A stretch of DNA of 64,000 bases from Octopus vulgaris (Eukaryota): assembly GCA_951406725.2 (NCBI GenBank), contig OX597832.1, positions 21,080,001-21,144,000 of the forward strand, read 5' to 3'. Every line of letters starts with the position of its first letter. Position 1 is the stretch's first letter. The position numbers were made by a program, and so were the translations under genes. Under the pieces are notes generated by a model. The model saw only the letters and a program-made list of their open reading frames with translations, was not told the origin of the DNA and searched no databases. Shown here one piece after another: positions 57,566 to 64,000 of the stretch.

Positions 57566-57796
57566 TATTTCTTTACTACCCACAAGGGGCTAAACACAGA
57601 GGGGACAAATAAGGACAGACAAACGGATTAAGTCGATTATATCGACCCCAGTGCGTAACTGGTACTTAATTTATCGACCCCGAAAGGATGAAAGGCAAAG
57701 TCGTCCCCGGCGGAATTTGAACTCGGAACGTAACGACAGACGAAATACGGCTACGCATTTCGCTCGGCGTGCTAACGTTTCTGCCAGCTCGCCGCC
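57566..57796 (-). mobile_element. SINE family 2 monomer with 20-bp TSD
   Basis: Full head-core-tail; TAACATTCACTAAATATATA (57548-57567) and TAACATTAACTAAATATATA (57799-57818). Confidence 0.92.
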
Positions 57797-58776
57797 TTTA
57801 ACATTAACTAAATATATACTGTACCTTTACATTTTAGTATCCTGTAGTTACGGTGTTAAGAGAAATGTTTGCAAATACATCTTTCTCTCTCTCTCTCTCA
57901 TGCTTGCATTTATCCATGTAATCCATGTTTTTTTCTTGCTATGCTCTTTTACTAATTAATAATGTGTCAAATATGTCAATTAGCAGTGTCGTTGATCATT
58001 TTTTCTTTACCTTAATGACGCCGGTGACATATATTAAAAGTCCCCTTATAGAACTATATTCCTAAAACAGTAGAGAATTATTTTATCACCCTCAAATTTG
58101 AGAAACAAACACTCATAACATTTTTCTATTAAAACTTCATTGCATGACATCGATACCATGAAATTCCTCGAATTGAGCTCTATCATTTAAGCTTAATTAA
58201 AATATAGTTTGTTTTTAAAATAAAAAGTTAATTATACTTAAATCCAATTTTTTGCCTTATAATTTTTAATGATATTTTACCTCACAACTTTTTTGATACA
58301 GATTTTTTATGTATGGGACCAAAATTATGAAATGCATAAGTACCGATGTCGATTTGATCCAATGTGATGCTACAGCATGGCCGTAGACCAATTACTGAAG
58401 CAAATGAAAGAATAAAGGAACAAAAAGGAAGACTGTCAAGCATGCATCACATTCTATGAATACAGACAATAATTTTCAGGGTTACATTGCTAATGAAGGT
58501 TTCAGAATGCAATCCCTTGACTAAATGCTAAGCAAAAAGGCTACAGTGACATCGAACCCTTAACCCGCCAAGCTAAAGTTTAAACTGTTCTTTAGTTGGT
58601 TATTTGATGGCCATTCATATCATAAATGTCATACTTTCTAAACCCATAATTTAATATGATTTACCACACATTAGGGAATCCTTCGGAAAGAGATACTATG
58701 AACAATATATTATACATCCATACATATATAGACATATATATATACATATACATACCTATATACATATACATACATA

Positions 58777-58808
<32 letters not shown>

Positions 58809-58835
58809 CGTATATATATATACATACACACACAC

Positions 58836-58894
<59 letters not shown>

Positions 58895-59028
58895 GTAAAA
58901 CTAATGGTTTACACCTGGTAGCTTAATGTTAAAGCACGGTCGCTTTCACAGTGGTTCGTTGTGTATATGGCAAATGAAAGACGGAAGACGGAATATTAGA
59001 GAATTCTATCTTCCGTCTTTTAGTTGCG

Positions 59029-59081
<53 letters not shown>

Positions 59082-59082
59082 T

Positions 59083-59431
59083 ATGAATAAAAAATGGAGG
59101 TAACGCAGGTTTAAACAAGTATTTTTACTTTCTACATATGTTTCGAAAATTCCACTGATACTATTCAAAAGAATAAAAGGTATAAACAATGCAATCTTCT
59201 CTTCGGGAAAGTGAAAAAACGAAACTCGTCAATACGACATTTTAGCAAAAAATGATGTATTAGTATCAGTGGAATTTTCGAAACATATGTAGAAAGTAAA
59301 AAGTCTATCGCTATACGAATCCATCATTTTTTGCTAAAATGTCGTATTGACGAATTTCGTTTTTTCACTTTCCCGAAGAGAAGATTGCATTGTTTATACC
59401 TTTTATTCTTTTAACTCCATTTTTTATTCAT
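59083..59431. repeat. Permuted inverted duplication
   Basis: Inverted pairs: 59122-59163 with 59261-59302; 59167-59257 with 59322-59412; 59083-59099 with 59415-59431. Confidence 0.85.
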
Positions 59432-59575
59432 ATTATTCAAAATATTCAACGTAAACACGAAGTTTCAACCTTTATAAACAAGGAGTTACAACATCTTTAC
59501 TTGTGAGATTTTTGCTGCCCTGGTAACTATTCATTTATTTATCCGTGTTAATTGTTAACAAGGTAAAATACACTC

Positions 59576-59636
<61 letters not shown>

Positions 59637-60338
59637 GTATGTATGTATGTATGTATGTATATATTCGCCATGATAGATCGCTAGCTACTAAACCTTTATT
59701 TTATTTTCTCTCTCTGCTTATTTATCTGTTACTTCCTGTTCAAGAGCGTAGGCTCGAAACGTAAAAGACTTTCTCGCTTCCCGAGCGTTAAACCAATACA
59801 TCTGTTTGTTGTTTACCCACCCGTCTTCGACTTTTGCTTTGCTTTGTTTTTTGTTTTGTTTTGTTTTTTTGGGTTGTTTTTTTTTGTAAATTCCAACTAT
59901 ATATATACACGCAGATAAATTGATAGATGACATACGCACATAAAACATGTTTATATATACTGAATACAAATTTTCTTCATTACATAATAACATTCTGAAG
60001 ATATATTTTTATAGAATTACAGAACCACACACATACCTTTCCTGACTTTCACAACCAGGAATACTACAAATTTATATATCGATTTTAGTTGTTTATTTTC
60101 ATATCATTATAGTTGTTATTTTTTTTACTATTTCTGAAAGTGGAGATGGTTTTTTTGTTTGATTTTTTTGTTAGTTTATTTCTTTTTTGTTTTCTTTATT
60201 CTTTTATCGAAATTGTTTACGTAGAGTTTCTCGTTGTTGATGTTATTTGCTTCTGCATTTCTTGTTGTCCTCCGTATTTCATTTTATTTGTTAACTTCTG
60301 TCAAGCTGCAAATCAATATTTTAGTATCTTTTCTTATG

Positions 60339-60394
<56 letters not shown>

Positions 60395-60499
60395 CACACA
60401 CAAACACATAAATATGGTGCTCCAGCATGGCCACAGTCAAATGACTGAAACAAGTAAGAGTCTAAAAGAGTATTTATGTATATATATATATATATATAT

Positions 60500-60611
<112 letters not shown>

Positions 60612-60612
60612 G

Positions 60613-60685
<73 letters not shown>

Positions 60686-60687
<2 letters not shown>

Positions 60688-60860
60688 GTTTCTTTATTGG
60701 CCACACAGAGCTGCACACAGATGGGACAAGTTACAAGGTAGAGCTTTTCTTTTGGGGGATGAAAAAAACAAAAAACAAAAGAAACAAAAAAGGGGGTGGC
60801 GTAGGTTTTCGATCAAGAGGGATCGTAAAAGGGAAGAAAAGAACAAAAAAAATAAAATTA
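60686..60860 (-). mobile_element. (GATA)n-joined retroelement 3' end, third copy
   Basis: Near-identical to 35682-35845, with the same junction to the GATA array. Confidence 0.8.
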
Positions 60861-61087
60861 AAAATTAAAAATTTTTTTTTAAATTAAAAAATAAAGATAT
60901 TATATATACGTTGCTATATGAAAACTTAAAGTGGTTTTAGAGTCGGTTCATGGCTGCTATTTTCAGCATGGTGGTATCTCGTAGATACCCTAATTTATAA
61001 TTTTAATAATTATTACCTTTGAAGGTTATTTTATTCATGCTGACCACTTGATAAGTTCATTATTTTATTTTAAATTAACGATCTTAT

Positions 61088-61130
<43 letters not shown>

Positions 61131-61799
61131 CGAAACTAACTATGACTTAATTTTTCCTCTCACACCGTCTGCGATGAAGGGATATTATTAATTAATATCC
61201 TAGAAACAGCTGTAAGACCTTCTATCTATAAATGCTCTATATCTGTACAGCCTTGGTTTTTTATCTCATTACGCAAAAATTTCATATATATATGTGTGTG
61301 TGTGTATATATGTATATGTATTTACATATTTATATGCATATTTCATAAATGTACATATATATACATATATATGTGGAAGCGCAATGGCCCAGTGGTTAGG
61401 GGAGTGCATTCACGGTCGTAGGATCGTAGTTTCGATTCCCAGACCGGGAACATATACGTGCATGTATTGTGTATGGGTGTAGGTGGGTTTGTGTATACAT
61501 ATACATATAATACTTGCATGTATACAATGTGTCGCTAAAAATGATCTTCCATTTTAAATCATAAATTACTATAAAAATAAAAAGGAACATTGTGCTTGCG
61601 TGTGCATATATATATTTCACTCTCGATAAATTTATCCCTTTTTTTGTGTCCCTAGCACTTGGCATCCTTATTTAGGAGCCCTTAATTATATTTCTACATG
61701 AATTATATTTTTCTATATGAATAATATTTTCTCTAATGACTAATTCGTCCTTTGTGCTGGGCCACTGGTAGTAATCTATATTATTACCCTTTTTTTGAT

Positions 61800-61920
<121 letters not shown>

Positions 61921-62610
61921 GTGTGTTTGTATGGGATTATGTACATATGTAGATGTGTACTTATGCTATTTATGTTTATAAATATACAATATATACAAAT
62001 ATATTGATGCGTACGTGTGTCTATGTATACACGTACTTAGATATATCGATATATACGCATACTTAGATACATCGATATAGATGTGTGAATGTGTGCATGT
62101 GCGTATGCATGTGTTGTTTTATATTATCTCTGTATTCATTTAACAACGGGAGTAAACATACTATATACACTGGAGTCCCAGGTCAAGATCAGCTTTTAGG
62201 CATCTTGCCTCCATTTATTTTTTGTTCAGTTTGACCATAGACAACGGCAGACACTAAGACGAACAGATCGACGTGAGGCGGCAAACACACAGATTAAACG
62301 CCATGCATGTTTAGACGTAATGTTTAATGATGGCCATAAAAGCTAGATCGAAACGTTTAAACACTTGATATCTTTCATGTTATTTATCGAGCAAATTACG
62401 ATTTACATACGTACATACATACATACATACATATATATATATATATACACATATATATGTATATACATATACACACACACACATATATATATATACATAC
62501 ATATGTGTGTGTATTTATGTTTTGCGTTTGCCTTTGATTGTGTATAGACGCATATATATATATATTGAGTATGGATTATTAAATAAATAGGCATATGTGT
62601 GTTATTATAT

Positions 62611-63000
62611 GCAGGAGTGGCTGTGTGGTAAGTAGCTTGCTTACCAACCACATGGTTCCGGGTTCATCTCCACTGCATGGCACCTTAGGCAAGTGTCTTC
62701 TACTATAGCCTCGGACCGACCAAAGCCTTGTGAGTGGATTTGATAGATGGAAACTGAAACAAGGCCATCGTATATATACATACATATATGTATGTATGTA
62801 TGTATGTATGTTATGTATGTATGTATGTATATAAGTATGCATGTATGTATGTATGTTTGCGTGTCTGTTTTTGTCCCCACAACATCATTTGACAAACGAG
62901 GTTGGTTGCTTGCAAAGAATAAGTCCTGGGGTCGATTTGCTTGAGTAAAGGCGGTGCTCCAGCACGGCCGCAGTTAAATGACTGAAACAAATAAAAGAAT
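62611..63000 (+). mobile_element. SINE family 1
   Basis: Match to family 1 with an internal deletion. Confidence 0.85.
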
Positions 63001-63082
63001 TAAAGAACAAAAGAATATGTATATTTTCTATATTTACATATATATATATATACATTATGTATATTATATACACATTATTGTA

Positions 63083-63334
63083 TTCTTTTACTTGTTTCAG
63101 TCATTTAACTGTGACCAAGCTGGAGTACCGTCTCGACGAGTTTTTCTTTTAGTCGAGCAAATCGGCTCCAGGTCTTGTGTCTTAAGCCTGGTACTCTTTT
63201 GCGAAACAGCTAAGATATGGGGACGTAAACACACCAACACTGGTTGTCAAGTAGTAACGATGGGAAATAAACACAGAAACAAAGAAATGTACACTCATAG
63301 GTATATACATATACATGTGTGTGTGTGTGTGTGT

Positions 63335-63416
<82 letters not shown>

Positions 63417-63578
63417 ATACGACGGGTTTCCTTCGGTTTCTATCAAATCCACTCGCAAGGCTTTGGTCCGCCGAGGCTATATCAGAAGACACGTGTCGAA
63501 GGTGCCACGCAGTGGGACTGAACCCCGAAACCATGTGGTTGGTATGCAAGCTTCTTACCACACAGCCACGCCTGTGCC
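63083..63578 (-). mobile_element. SINE family 1 with long internal (TG)n
   Basis: Reverse-complement match to family 1. Confidence 0.85.
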
Positions 63579-64000
63579 TATATACATATACATATACACA
63601 TTGATTCATATAGACATAGGCGCATTAGGGATACAACTTTTTTTTTTCTCTTCAAAAGCAATTTCCTGTACCATATTTAGATGAGCATTTATGCATAACT
63701 AACCAAACAGAACTCAATTTTGAGCTATCATTAAAAAGTTTCACCCTTGAATCCATGTTTGTACTCTTATGCAAAACTTGACTGAATATGGGCAAGGCTG
63801 CATAGCACTCATGACTTTCAATAAACTCTTAGCATTTATAAGACATCTCTCTCTCTCTCTATCTATCTATTTATCTATCTATAGATAGATAGATAGTTTG
63901 AAATGGTGTATAGTAGACGTATGTATGTATGTATGTATACATTCATATATACATAAATATATTCAAATATATAAATTTACATCTAATATAGGATAAAATT

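Noticed and set aside
61376-61448. tRNA-like sequence (also 28950-29020, 40015-40078)
   Set aside because: Imperfect cloverleaf and several diverged copies; treated as SINE heads, not tRNA genes

Overview
AT-rich, microsatellite-saturated eukaryotic DNA. The SINE families look like those I recall from octopus/cephalopod genomes (recollection, not a database result). No intact host protein-coding gene is supportable, and nearly all listed ORFs are translations of simple repeats. Main finding: a 2.7-kb composite Helitron (42629-45317, minus) with one 5' TC terminus and two successive 3' hairpin-CTRR termini. It holds a decayed RepHel PIF1-helicase C-terminus and, between the two 3' ends, a full-length, structurally intact U2 snRNA gene with apparent upstream promoter elements. 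A 369-bp derivative with the same outer ends lies at 5669-6037, and its exact empty A|T site survives in an inverted duplicate at 1568-1830. Second finding: a set of related 3' tails (GCCC..GTGG..AATAAA/AGTAAA) on a Tx1-like LINE, a (GATA)n-inserted element and a tRNA-SINE, each tail variant tracking a distinct target, including two fixed sites in the SINE's own head. Also present: Penelope-like remnants with hammerhead-like motifs, an R4/Dong-like endonuclease remnant, MITEs and a templated insertion.
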